Position numbers and translations under genes: made by a program. A stretch of 17,200 nucleotides of DNA, counting the filler, from an uncultured virus (IMG/VR IMGVR_UViG_2049941000_000128) (taxonomy: Duplodnaviria > Heunggongvirae > Uroviricota > Caudoviricetes). It is 5 parts of one record of this genome, joined end to end, with 100 filler letters (N's around TTAATTAATTAA, not from the genome) between each part and the next. Parts side by side here need not be neighbours in the genome. Positions count along the whole stretch, not along the records: positions 1 to 13,079 come from IMGVR_UViG_2049941000_000128; 4 more parts are not named here. One strand, 5' to 3'. The notes below the pieces were generated by a model. It made no database searches, was not told the DNA's origin, and saw only the letters and a list, made by a program, of their open reading frames with translations. Positions 1 to 10,499 of the stretch are shown in pieces; within the stretch, counting starts at the first letter, position 1, and each line of letters starts with the position of its first letter.

Positions 1-1195
1 ATGTACGTGCCAGTCAGACCAGACACAAATGAGCTGATACTCGTGATAGAGCTATCCAAAGTAGAACTGTACGAACTGAAAGCACTTTCGTAAATGTACT
101 GACCACTCGGCNNNNNNNNNNNNNNNNNNNNNNNNNNNNNNNNNNNNNNNNNNNNNNNNNNNNNNNNNNNNNNNNNNNNNNNNNNNNNNNNNNNNNNNNN
201 NNNNNNNNNNNNNNNNNNNNNNNNNNNNNNNNNNNNNNNNNNNNNNNNNNNNNNNNNNNNNNNNNNNNNNNNNNNNNNNNNNNNNNNNNNNNNNNNNNNN
301 NNNNNNNNNNNNNNNNNNNNNNNNNNNNNNNNNNNNNNNNNNNNNNNNNNNNNNNNNNNNNNNNNNNNNNNNNNNNNNNNNNNNNNNNNNNNNNNNNNNN
401 NNNNNNNNNNNNNACATCGACGAGGCGCTTTGTTCGATATACGTACCTGTAAGTCCGCTTACGAACGAACTAATGCCGGTTATGGAGCTTTCTACGTCAG
501 CAGAATAGGCGCTAAACGAAGAAATGGCTACGTACGAGCTCTGGCACTCCTCATCACGAATGAATCCGCTCGGATTTCCGGTCATCGGGTAGTAATTCGA
601 GCTTTCGGACGCACTCAGGTACTCTCCAGACGGCTGGAAAAGACTAGAATCCGTGCTGGACAGGTATGAACCGCTTGGCTGGAACGTGCCGGACGCGCTC
701 CAAGGGATGAATGCGCTGGGATCGACAGAGTTTGCCGCGATGGCAGACCCGGAAATGCCGGTAATGAGGTTCTGCTGGTTGTATTCCAGAGCCGAATAGT
801 CGATTTTGCTCGAAATGTTCTCTTCGACCCACGTCCTAGAGGCGATCGACCTCGGAACAGCGTTGATTCCGCTGAAAACTCGGTGAATCTGCAAGTCGAG
901 CGANNNNNNNNNNTCGAACGGAGTAGAGTTCGTAACGCGCCAGAAGAGGAATCCGTCCACTTCAGGGACGATATCTTCGGAAAATTCCAGCTCTACCTTG
1001 TCCGTAACGCTATTGTCGATGTCAAAATCGTGCGTACAGAGCGCTACGGTAGTGCCTTGACCGTCATCATGGACTAGCTGGACAGTAAGAGTCTCGTAAT
1101 TGATTCCGTTTCCGCTCGGAATTACGGCTATCTTGTTCGTAAGATGGTAAAATCTGTCCTGGACTACTTCGAGGCCCTGCCCGACAAAGGCCTGC
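1..1195 (-). CDS. Ser-rich repetitive tail fibre / virion appendage protein (partial, both ends missing, internal gaps)
   Basis: Frame is open from 1194 (QAFVGQGLEVVQDRFYHLTNKIAV...DGFLFWRVTNSTPF) into the 52..960 track ORF. Bases 1-110, read in another frame, give PSGQYIYESAFSSYSSTLDSSITSISSFVSGLTGTY, so the track stop at 52 is a wrong-frame artefact. Contains repeated FQPSGxYLS, an NPSGF, and two copies of ISSFVSGLTGTY. Lies at the end of the tail module. Confidence 0.65.
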
Positions 1196-1882
1196 NNNNN
1201 NNNNNNNNNNNNNNNNNNNNNNNNNNNNNNNNNNNNNNNNNNNNNNNNNNNNNNNNNNNNNNNNNNNNNNNNNNNNNNNNNNNNNNNNNNNNNNNNNNNN
1301 NNNNNNNNNNNNNNNNNNNNNNNNNNNNNNNNNNNNNNNNNNNNNNNNNNNNNNNNNNNNNNNNNNNNNNNNNNNNNNNNNNNNNNNNNNNNNNNNNNNN
1401 NNNNNNNNNNNNNNNNNNNNNNNNNNNNNNNNNNNNNNNNNNNNNNNNNNNNNNNNNNNNNNNNNNNNNNNNNNNNNNNNNNNNNNNNNNNNNNNNNNNN
1501 NNNNNNNNNNNNNNNNNNNNNNNNNNNNNNNNNNNNNNNNNNNNNNNNNNNNNNNNNNNNNNNNNNNNNNNNNNNNNNNNNNNNNNNNNNNNNNNNNNNN
1601 NNNNNNNNNNNNNNNNNNNNNNNNNNNNNNNNNNNNNNNNNNNNNNNNNNNNNNNNNNNNNNNNNNNNNNNNNNNNNNNNNNNNNNNNNNNNNNNNNNNN
1701 NNNNNNNNNNNNNNNNNNNNNNNNNNNNNNNNNNNNNNNNNNNNNNNNNNNNNNNNNNNNNNNNNNNNNNNNNNNNNNNNNNNNNNNNNNNNNNNNNNNN
1801 NNNNNNNNNNNNNNNNNNNNNNNNNNNNNNNNNNNNNNNNNNNNNNNNNNNNNNNNNNNNNNNNNNNNNNNNNNNNNNNNNN

Positions 1883-2720
1883 CCTTGCGGAACTGGGTAT
1901 GCTGGAAGGATTCCTCATACATGGTTGCCCAGTTGCCACGGTTGTTCAAGGTGCCCGGAGTCATCTTCGGACAGTTGCCCACGTTGCCCTTGTAGCACCA
2001 TGTTCCCATGTTGAGGTCGCCAGGCACAGCACAGCAGTAGTATGAATACTGCTTGACGTGGTAGCAAGTCATCTTGATGCCGAACTGGTCGGTCGTATCA
2101 AATCTGTTGTCCGTAATGGACATCTGGTTGAACTTGACCCTAGAGCCAGTGACTTCGTAATGCGGGTTCGCCTCGTTCCACCAGTACGTAATCCACAGAC
2201 GGAACGCACCGGTGAAGTGGTTGTCGTGGAGTTCGCAGTTGTAGTAGAAGTTGTCACCGCCAGCTGCTGGNNNNNNNNNNGTGCAACCAGCCATGAAGAT
2301 GCGGTTGATTTTCCACTTGAAATCACTGGAAATGAACACGTTGCGGAACGCGATTTCCTTGCTCAGTGCGTACGCATTGCAGTGCTCTTCGCTCATCTTG
2401 ACGTATCCGCTCCAAGTGCCGCCGTACATGCTGATGGAGCAGTTGCACGGGTCGATGCCGTCTGGGCCGACTACGCTGATGTCGCTGTCCGTAGATTGGA
2501 TGCCAGAGAGTCCGGTAGTCCAGTAACGCGGAATGGTAATAGATGAATCTTGCAAGCGGATTACCGGGTTATGGGTCGAGTTGACCATGAGCGTTGCGCG
2601 TACATTCTCGAAGCTCGTGCTGTAGCCAGCAAGGATGATTTCGCCGATGCTGGCGTTCTTGATTGTGGTGAAGCTGGTAGCATCCAGACGCAAGGACGAA
2701 CAGCTGCGGCCCTGCAAGTA
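1883..2720 (-). CDS. Tailspike body fragment, probably beta-helical; likely C-terminal part of the gene starting at 4351
   Basis: About 275 open codons rich in short beta-strand/Asn-Cys motifs (NCELHDNHFTG, MSITDNRFD, YKGNVGNCP). Linkage to the 4351 gene is inferred across gaps. Confidence 0.5.
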
Positions 2721-3049
2721 NNNNNNNNNNNNNNNNNNNNNNNNNNNNNNNNNNNNNNNNNNNNNNNNNNNNNNNNNNNNNNNNNNNNNNNNNNNNNNNN
2801 NNNNNNNNNNNNNNNNNNNNNNNNNNNNNNNNNNNNNNNNNNNNNNNNNNNNNNNNNNNNNNNNNNNNNNNNNNNNNNNNNNNNNNNNNNNNNNNNNNNN
2901 NNNNNNNNNNNNNNNNNNNNNNNNNNNNNNNNNNNNNNNNNNNNNNNNNNNNNNNNNNNNNNNNNNNNNNNNNNNNNNNNNNNNNNNNNNNNNNNNNNNN
3001 NNNNNNNNNNNNNNNNNNNNNNNNNNNNNNNNNNNNNNNNNNNNNNNNN

Positions 3050-3258
3050 ATCATAGACTTCGAGGCGGTAAGCCTTTGCCTTGTCACAGATGACCACCGC
3101 CCTTCCGTTGTCATCGAGGATTATCTTGTCCGGATTTCTCGTTCCGAGGTAGTCGGAGTAAGTATCCGCCGGATCATCAGTGGCCGCAAGGTACACGCGG
3201 AGGAATCCGGCGGTGTTGTTGCTGCCGTTCTTCGCCTGAAACTGGGTTTCCAATGAAA
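3050..3258 (-). CDS. N-terminal head-binding-like domain of a second tailspike/fibre gene (isolated contig fragment)
   Basis: SLETQFQAKNGSNNTAGFLRVYLAATDDPADTYSDYLGTRNPDKIILDDNGRAVVICDKAKAYRLEVYD aligns by eye with the N-terminus of the 4351 gene (G.L.VY...AD...NP..LD..GR). The track 'start' is an internal TTG. Confidence 0.65.
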
Positions 3259-3268
3259 NNNNNNNNNN

Positions 3269-4351
3269 TTACGACGTTCCGACATCGTAGACACCCAGCG
3301 CTGCGTGTTCTCGAACAAGTCGAGATCCGGAACCAGGTCGAACTGGACATGGTGCCCTTGGTTGATGAGGCCAGGATCCCAGCCGCCAGCAGTACGGAAC
3401 ACGCTGTCACCGAAGCCAGTTCCGGATATACGTACAAAGTCGCTGGACGGAATGAAGAAGTTGTCTGGAACCNNNNNNNNNNNNNNNNNNNNNNNNNNNN
3501 NNNNNNNNNNNNNNNNNNNNNNNNNNNNNNNNNNNNNNNNNNNNNNNNNNNNNNNNNNNNNNNNNNNNNNNNNNNNNNNNNNNNNNNNNNNNNNNNNNNN
3601 NNNNNNNNNNNNNNNNNNNNNNNNNNNNNNNNNNNNNNNNNNNNNNNNNNNNNNNNNNNNNNNNNNNNNNNNNNNNNNNNNNNNNNNNNNNNNNNNNNNN
3701 NNNNNNNNNNNNNNNNNNNNNNNNNNNNNNNNNNCACGGAGGCGTATGGATGTTCATGCTGCCGATGACGGAGGCATAGTTGAACAAGGCGTTGATGTTC
3801 GTCACGTCTCCGCCGACTACGCCGTACACGCTGGAAGGCAAATAAGGGCAGTCCCAGAGCAGAAGCCATCTTCCGTGGTCGGACACGTCGGAGTCCACCA
3901 CCACGCCACCGTCTGCGGTATCGATCGCGTTCGGATCCCAGAGGTAGTTGCGGACTGGGTAGGACATGACGGTAACTACGTCGCTGCTTACAGTCGGGTC
4001 AAGCGCCATGAGATCCTCGATGCTGTCCACCGAGTCGCGACCGACCTGGTCTAGCTTGGCGTCGATGCCGATCTCATACGTATCGAAGAGCTCGAAGGTG
4101 TCATCGCCGTTGTACTTTTCGAGCCTGACATCATAGATGCCGAGCTCTGTAAAGATGGAGGCCACCAACCGGCCCGCCTCATCCAGCCTTACTGGGTTAG
4201 CACAAGGTACGTAATCAGTCCCTTCGAGGGTAAAGATGTCTGCAAGTACGTTGCTGTCATGAATATAGACGGACAGACGGCCAGCAACCAGCGGCTGCAT
4301 GGTATCGTCCACGAACGTCTTGGATGGGTAGCACTGCATCATGGTTGCCAT
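3269..4351 (-). CDS. Tailspike / tail fibre with P22 head-binding-like N-terminal domain (5' part)
   Basis: ATG overlaps the portal stop (TAATG) with AGGAG upstream. N-terminus FVDDTMQPLVAGRLSVY...NPVRLDEAGRL...YDVRLEKYNG resembles podoviral tailspike particle-binding domains, followed by the common tailspike motif DTADGGVVV...GRW. After the gap, 3269-3472 most plausibly reads VPDNFFIPSSDFVRISGTGFGDSVFRTAGGWDPG. Confidence 0.75.
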
Positions 4352-6257
4352 TAGTCATTCTCCTCTTGTTGCGGCTTCTGCATGGCTTGCTGTCTTGCCT
4401 TTGCCGCTGCCGAAGCCACGGCTATACGGTTGAGGGCATCCTTCTTCTGGAGTTCCATGCGATCCTTTGCGCTCTGCACGGCCAGCTTCCTCTTTTCACC
4501 GTCAATCTTGATGGCTGCGGACATGGCATCCGCTTCGAGACGGTTGGCTTCGCGCTGTGCCTCCAAAGCGGCCTTGTCGGCATCGAGGCCACTGTCCAGC
4601 TGGGCTTCGAGGATCATGTCCTCCTGTTTCCACTGGTGTTCAAGCTGGGCCTTGGTGAGTTCAAGTTCACGCTGTGCGCTCTGGTCTTGGATGAGGCGCT
4701 CGTATTCCTTCAGCTTCTGGTCAAGCTGCATGATCACTTGCTGGTCTTGGTCGATCTTCTGCTTCATCATTTCGCAAGTCTGCTGCATTTCGAGTTCCAT
4801 CGGCGTCGGAGTCGGGATGCTGTGAAGTTGTGCGTAAAGCTTGGACATGATCGGGTTATCAGGATACGTCTGGATAAGCGCATCCACAAGCGACGGCTTC
4901 TGGTTCGGCTCTGCCACTTGCATGAGCTGGACGATTTCCGCACGGGCCTGTTTCATGCCCATCCACTCGATAGGGCCTTGACAGATGTTGATGTTGCCCT
5001 GCACCCCGATCATCGTGGCCACCATGTCGCCAAGGGCCTTGAAGCTGGCCTGTAGGTGAACCATGTAGTCCGGTCATCGGGTAGTNNNNNNNNNNCTTCT
5101 GCGGCATAGGACACTTCCGTAGCCGTCTTCATCGTGTTCTGGTCGATGAGTCCGTGCGCATCCACGCCGGTCACGCTTCCCATTACGGACAACATGTTTC
5201 CGATGACTCCGGACAAGTCCTCGAACTGAACCTTGGCATCGAAGCGCTGAGGCGGTTCGAGCACGTCCTTCTGGTCGCCAGACTTTCTGTTGTACGGAAG
5301 GATCGGGTTGTTTCCGGCTCCGGCATCCTTGTAGTACTTATCGAGGCCCTTGAATGCTTCGACAGTGCCCATCCACTGCGGCTTAGGCGACAGCGACAGA
5401 CGTTCTGCAAGCTGGGTCACGGACAAGTTAACAAGCTTTTGTATGGAACGCGCCTTCGAGACCATTCCGTTCCAGTGCAAGTCGCCTTCGTTGTCGAAGT
5501 AGCGCTCGCCATACACAGGCACGACCGGAACTCGATTGAGNNNNNNNNNNTCGATGGCGTTGTTGTTGACAAGCGTGTAGACGTGGCAGCCCTGTTCCTC
5601 AAGTACAAAGTAAGTGACGATAGGGATCAAGTCCTTTCTGGAAGGCACGATGTTGTTCTCACGCTCGCCCGGAATAAATTCAGGGCCATAGTTCAGCTCG
5701 ACCCAGCGCTTGCCTCTGTAGTCAACCAGTGCAGCCTCTACCATGTCCGAGCCGTCCAGCTCAGTGGAATCCGGATCGAGGATGACTCGATCGAAGTCGT
5801 TGATGGCGTAGATGCACGGCAGCCCGTCATCGTCAGTACCCATGGCCATGACGCCGAGTCCGAGTCCGGCGGAGTTCTTGAGGGCTTCGGAACCGCACAC
5901 GGAGTTGGAGCCGCGCTTGATGATTCCGTCGAGCAGCCTGTCCTCTTCCGGATCTCCAGTGTACCACGCGAACGGATAGACCGAGTACTGGTTCACGACG
6001 GCGTTGACGGAGTTGGAAATGATGTTGAGGATCATGCGGTTTCGCTTGTCAGAAACGAACCTTCCGTCAGCCTTTGTCCACTGCGTTTCGCCGTTCAAGA
6101 AGTCACGGTCGATGCGCATCTTGTCATAGTTGTTACCGAACTTGCGCACCGAGCGGTCGCGGAAGTCGCGGAACTTGTTCACAATGGATTCGCTGGCGAA
6201 CACGTTCTCCTGTGAGTCCATGGAATTGTAAATGTCTAAATTTTCCATATCTTCCAC
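4351..6257 (-). CDS. Portal protein, P22 gp1-like (one gene split by 10-N gaps)
   Basis: N-terminal DRDFLNGETQW...RNRMILNIISNSVNAVVNQ, central VPVVPVYGE...GMVSKARSIQKLVN...SPKPQW, and a long Gln/Glu/Ala-rich helical C-terminus like the P22 portal barrel. Track ORFs 5010..6257 and 4351..5064 are the two halves. Start is GTG 6257 or ATG 6248. Confidence 0.88.
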
Positions 6258-6267
6258 CTAAATTATT

Positions 6268-7710
6268 CTATTCCACTGTCGGAGTTGGACGGAAAAGTTC
6301 TGTGCCTCTGAGGATGTCTTGACNNNNNNNNNNGGAAGCTCCCTTCAGCACGACGTCGGCATCACGCTTGGAGCCGTACTTGTTCGTAATGAAGTTCTGT
6401 GCGGCTTCAGTCGCGGCGTCGAACGCCTTGCGGTTGGTTCCGAACCTTGCAGCATCCAGCAAGTCAGCGTTCTTAAGCTGGCCATAGAGCTTCATTGCGT
6501 CTTCGGTGCTGCCAGTGCCCTTCTTAAGTCCAGCAAGCAGATACGCACCAGCGCCAGTGACACTAGCGTCAGATGCGACATCGGCTATGGCTTGGTCTAC
6601 TGCAGTACCCTTAGCCCTTTTAAATAAATCTTCAAGATCTTGCTGGGCATTAATTGCCATCTCGTTTGCTCTATACATGTCAACATAATTACTGCCCTTT
6701 GCCCTAAACGTATCTACCGCTTCTTGTTTGAGCTTGTCGGCGTTTGCAGCGGCAGCATCTACCTTTTCTGGAGTTACGCCAGTGGTGGAGTGCTTCGAAT
6801 TCCACTCAGCCTCGCTCTTTATGAACTTGGCCATGTCGTCTGTCTCTTTCAGCGTAGGTTTCTTCCATACTCCGGCGTCTGCAAGGTTGTCCAGAATCTT
6901 GGTAGCATCATCACTGATGCCAGCGGCTCCCTTCTGCATAGGCAAGAACCTTTCGAGACGGCTCAAGGCCCTGGATCCTACAACTGGCGCAGCAAGGTTG
7001 GTTACAGTTCCCAGCAAGGCATCGCCTTCGCTGTAGAACGAACGGTCTGGATTCTCTTCAGTGCTGTANNNNNNNNNNTGCCTTCGACGATGCCTGGGTT
7101 CTTGATAATCTTGCCGAGCCAATCCTTGTCTTCGTTCGTCAGGGTAGAGTCGTTGGCAAGGATATTGCTTGCCTGAGCCTTCTTGAGCTCGGTACGCGCT
7201 TTGTTGGAAGCCTCCTTCTTGGGCTTCTCGAACCATTCTTTATACACGTCGATCTTCGGGTCTATAGCACCAAGCNNNNNNNNNNTCAGAAGGGACACGG
7301 CCTTCAGCCATTGCTTCAGTTTGGCGAGGGCTTATCACGGCATCGAGTATCTTGTTCACAACGCTTCGATTGTTGAACTTGTTCTGGGCAGCGTACTCGC
7401 GGTTGCGCTTCTCGACTTCAAGTCTGCGCTTCAAGAACTCCGTGCCGCCATCGCCGTACACGTCGTTGACAAGCACACCGATCTCCTTCTTCTTGGAAGG
7501 GTCGGCATTTTCGTCAGTGAGGATTCCGTACAGCTGGTCGGCTGCGGTAAGAGTCTTATCACCGATCTTTACGTCGCTGAAGCCAGCAGCCGTCGCGAAA
7601 GACTGCAAGTCGTACACCTTTCCGGTGCGGTTGATGGTCTTGACAAGTTTGACTCGTTCATCCTTGTTGCTGTACACCTTAGCGTTGTGGAGCTGCTTGG
7701 CAAGATCAGA
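6268..7710 (-). CDS. Probable large internal virion / DNA ejection protein (fragments; order and gene number uncertain)
   Basis: Open Ala/Lys/Asp-rich helical frames in contigs 7286-7710, 7079-7275, 6334-7068 and 6268-6323, with a stop at 6268 just before the portal. Function inferred from composition and position only. Confidence 0.45.
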
Positions 7711-7876
7711 NNNNNNNNNNNNNNNNNNNNNNNNNNNNNNNNNNNNNNNNNNNNNNNNNNNNNNNNNNNNNNNNNNNNNNNNNNNNNNNNNNNNNNNNNN
7801 NNNNNNNNNNNNNNNNNNNNNNNNNNNNNNNNNNNNNNNNNNNNNNNNNNNNNNNNNNNNNNNNNNNNNNNNNNNN

Positions 7877-8009
7877 CGTCCGAAAAGCTCAAGGTCATCG
7901 TACAGACCGATGGTTCCGGAGAACTTCACGTTCGGCTCAAGTGCGAGGTGCTTGGTACAGATGTAGTAGCCTCCGAAGTCGTAATATCCAGTCTCAAGAC
8001 GGATGCACG
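7877..8009 (-). CDS. Misplaced internal fragment of the 4351 tailspike gene
   Basis: Reads CIRLETGYYDFGGYYICTKHLALEPNVKFSGTIGLYDDLELFG. Its first bases CGTG overlap the contig end at 3735-3738 in frame, giving ...IHTPP-CIRLETG. Confidence 0.7.
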
Positions 8010-8019
8010 NNNNNNNNNN

Positions 8020-8663
8020 CCGACTTGTTGTTTGCCTTGTTCTTTTCTACCTTGTTGCGCTTGTTCTTACCGCTCGTCTTGAACCGGTCGAACAGCTTCT
8101 CCCAAGCGTCCATGCCGCCCATGCGCGACACTGCACCGGCATCCTCAAGCTCTTTCATCTTGGCACGGAACAGAGGCAGAGACACGGCTAGTGCCTTGTC
8201 GCGCTGGTCATTGTTCATGCCAGCCAAGTACATCAAGTCGTTGTTGATGCCGTTCTCAAGCGCGTCCATCTGGNNNNNNNNNNNNNNNNNNNNNNNNNNN
8301 NNNNNNNNNNNNNNNNNNNNNNNNNNNNNNNNNNNNNNNNNCCAACAGACTCTGCAATGCACCGGGCTGTCCACCCATGGCGAGCATGGCAGCCATCTGC
8401 ATGCGCGGATCGTTGCTGAACCTTGCCTTGCGTTCGGCCTCCTGTCGTTCCAGCTCTTGCCAGCGCTGACGTTCAGCAGCTTCTTTCTGGGCCTCTATTT
8501 CCTTCTGGCCGAGCAGAGTCCTCTGCACGTCCTCCATAGCCTCGGAGCCGTTGAGCTGATCCAAGTCTTGCGCATCCTGTTCGGCAGCTTGAAGCCTAGC
8601 GGCCTCGTCTCCGTAAGGNNNNNNNNNNCCGCCCATCCATCTAAATTCCATACCTTGTGCCAT
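8020..8663 (-). CDS. Probable ejection / internal virion protein (partial)
   Basis: ATG 8663 with GAGG RBS. MAQGMEFRWMG is followed by Gln/Glu/Ala-rich coiled coil and continues across gaps as QMDALENGINNDL...NKANNKS. Confidence 0.5.
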
Positions 8664-8673
8664 TGTTGACCTC

Positions 8674-9134
8674 TTAAAGTTTGTGCGTAATCGCCCAAGA
8701 ACCGTTCGAGGCCAGAGCCTTCTCGATGTCCGGAGCCGTTACCAATTTCTGTGCCTCGATGGAAGCCTGGTGTCTGTCTGGGCCTCCACGATAACTATAC
8801 CACTTGCCCTTTCCGCCAAACTGGATGCTGATCGTGTTGTCTGGGTTGATGCGGAGTCCGCTCATCATGTTCGACGTCGGTCTGACATTTCTGCGCGGTC
8901 CGTCTTCATCCCAGAACTGCGGAAGCGCGGCCTCCTCTTCCTTGCCCTTCTGGATTGCCCACTGCATCTGGATGGGCGTCATGCCGGGTCGCAGATACTT
9001 TGTCAGGGCTGCGGCATGTTCCTCAAGGCTCTGCTGCCTCGCTGCCTCGGCATCCTCTCCGAAGACGGTGTTGAACGCCGTGGGGCCTGGGAAGTAGCCC
9101 ACGTTGTACGTAAACACGCCGTCGGACGGGTACG
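8674..9134 (-). CDS. Protein with C-terminal KTSC-like domain (5' end missing)
   Basis: RPTSNMMSGLRINPDNTISIQFGGKGKWYSYRG...AQKLVTAPDIEKAL follows the KTSC pattern (S-x-hydrophobic...hydrophobic-x-F..G..YxY...L..A.S/D). The first ~80 aa of track ORF 8674..9390 are a shadow frame of the upstream gene. Confidence 0.55.
8791..8800 (-). promoter_or_regulatory. GYATAGTTAT motif copy (candidate late promoter)
   Basis: GTATAGTTAT, 127 nt upstream of ATG 8663, inside the upstream CDS. Confidence 0.35.
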
Positions 9135-9144
9135 NNNNNNNNNN

Positions 9145-9511
9145 GGCCGAAGTACTCGGCATACATCCTGTCCATCCACTGCTGCTGCTGCCTCTTCTGT
9201 TCAAGCTCGGCCTCGACTTGCTTGATCCTTTCGTCGTTGAGCCGCTTCTGTTCCCAGTAGTCGCGGTTCTTGAACAGGTTCTCTTGCTGTATCTGGTCGC
9301 GTCTGAGCTGCATCTGGTCGGTGAACTGCTGCTGGTCTTGTGCCAGCTTGGCATCGAACTGCTTCTGGTTCTGCTCGCGTTCCTTCGCACGTTGGATTCC
9401 CTGTGCGACAGCGTTCGCGCCTTGCTGAAGTCCGGCGAGGTTCGAATTTGCCGGGCCGTTCGGATCGCCGACAGTAGGCATGCGCCAATTCCAATTTACG
9501 TTGAGTGCCAT
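9145..9511 (-). CDS. Probable ejection protein, Gln-rich coiled coil (3' end missing)
   Basis: ATG 9511 with GGGAG RBS. MALNVNWNWRMP...LQQGANAVAQGIQRAKEREQNQKQF is typical in composition of podoviral DNA-transfer proteins. Confidence 0.55.
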
Positions 9512-9522
9512 AATATTTCTCC

Positions 9523-10367
9523 CTAGAAAATCGCTCCAAGAACAGTTCCGACAGCGCCGAGCAGACCGCCAGCACCGCTGTTCTCCTGCATGGCCAGATT
9601 GGTCTTGGCTTGAGTGAGGTCAGACTTTGTCTGCAAGTCCGCGTTGTTCTGCGATGCCATGTTGCTGATGTAGTCGCCGTACGCATTCGCGAGCTGGTTG
9701 CGGTCGTTTCCGAACAAGTTAGTGAGGTTGCCGAGGTTGCCGATGTAGCTCTGCTTGCTCTGCTGGCCAGCTTGCCATTCAGCAAGNNNNNNNNNNNNNN
9801 NNNNNNNNNNNNNNNNNNNNNNNNNNNNNNNNNNNNNNNNNNNNNNNNNNNNNNNNNNNNNNNNNNNNNNNNNNNNNNNNNNNNNNNNNNNNNNNNNNNN
9901 NNNNNNNNNNNNNNNNNNNNNNNNNNNNNNNNNNNNNNNNNNNNNNNNNNNNNNNNNNNNNNNNNNNNNNNNNNNNNNNNNNNNNNNNNNNNNNNNNNNN
10001 NNNNNNNNNNNNNNNNNNNNNNNNNNNNNNNNNNNNNNNNNNNNNNNNNNNNNNNNNNNNNNNNNNNNNNNNNNNNNNNNNNNNNNNNNNNNNNNNNNNN
10101 NNNNNNNNNNNNNNNNNNNNNNNNNNNNNNNNNNNNNNNNNNNNNNNNNNNNNNNNNNNNNNNNNNNNNNNNNNNNNNNNNNNNNNNNNNNNNNNNNNNN
10201 NNNNNNNNNNNNNNNNNNNNNNNNNNNNNNNNNNNNNNNNNNNNNNNNNNNNNNNNNNNNNNNNNNNNNNNNGCACCGGCACCGGCATCACCAAGACCGA
10301 ACGGATTGGCGACCACGCTACCAGCGTCGTTCATGCTGCCAATGTCCCATGGATATTTAGCTGCCAT
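9523..10367 (-). CDS. DNA transfer / ejection protein, P22 gp7-like (middle in gap)
   Basis: Start MAAKYPWDIGSMNDAGSVVANPFGLG with GGAG RBS. C-terminus NLGNLTNLFGNDRNQLANAYGDYISNMASQNNA...GAGGLLGAVGTVLGAIF is Asn/Gln/Ala-rich with a Gly-rich hydrophobic tail. First gene of the ejection cluster. Confidence 0.6.
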
Positions 10368-10370
10368 AAC

Positions 10371-10499
10371 TTAATTACTCCCTTGTCCGAAGACAACTAT
10401 TCGGACAAAAGAACTCTGTCCGCTAATAACTATACTTGTTTGCCCAGGCTTCACCATCTGACGGTCGCTGCCTCCGTCCCACACGACGTCCGCGTAGGT
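10371..10499 (-). CDS. C-terminus of a small hypothetical virion protein
   Basis: TYADVVWDGGSDRQMVKPGQTSIVISGQSSFVRIVVFGQGSN* stops 3 nt before the next ATG. Probably the 3' half of the gene starting at 11781. Confidence 0.5.
   Translation of the reverse strand, partial: TYADVVWDGGSDRQMVKPGQTSIVISGQSSFVRIVVFGQGSN
10426..10435 (-). promoter_or_regulatory. GYATAGTTAT motif copy (candidate late promoter)
   Basis: GTATAGTTAT, 58 nt upstream of ATG 10367. Confidence 0.45.

Noticed and set aside
3..489. Diversity-generating retroelement TR/VR pair
   Set aside because: Differences are synonymous and not adenine-restricted, and no reverse transcriptase is seen in the window.
5069..5085. In-frame TGA in the portal (recoding or split portal) and an exact 17-bp repeat TCCGGTCATCGGGTAGT shared with 577-593
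   Set aside because: The 17 bp lie at the extreme contig end and duplicate fibre-gene sequence (YPMTG), so they are best explained as a chimeric read end, which also creates the stop. Read mapping would settle it.
5154..6215. Long plus-strand ORFs (5154..6215, 4324..5055, 7183..8082 and others)
   Set aside because: Antisense shadows of well-supported minus-strand genes, with no recognisable motifs.
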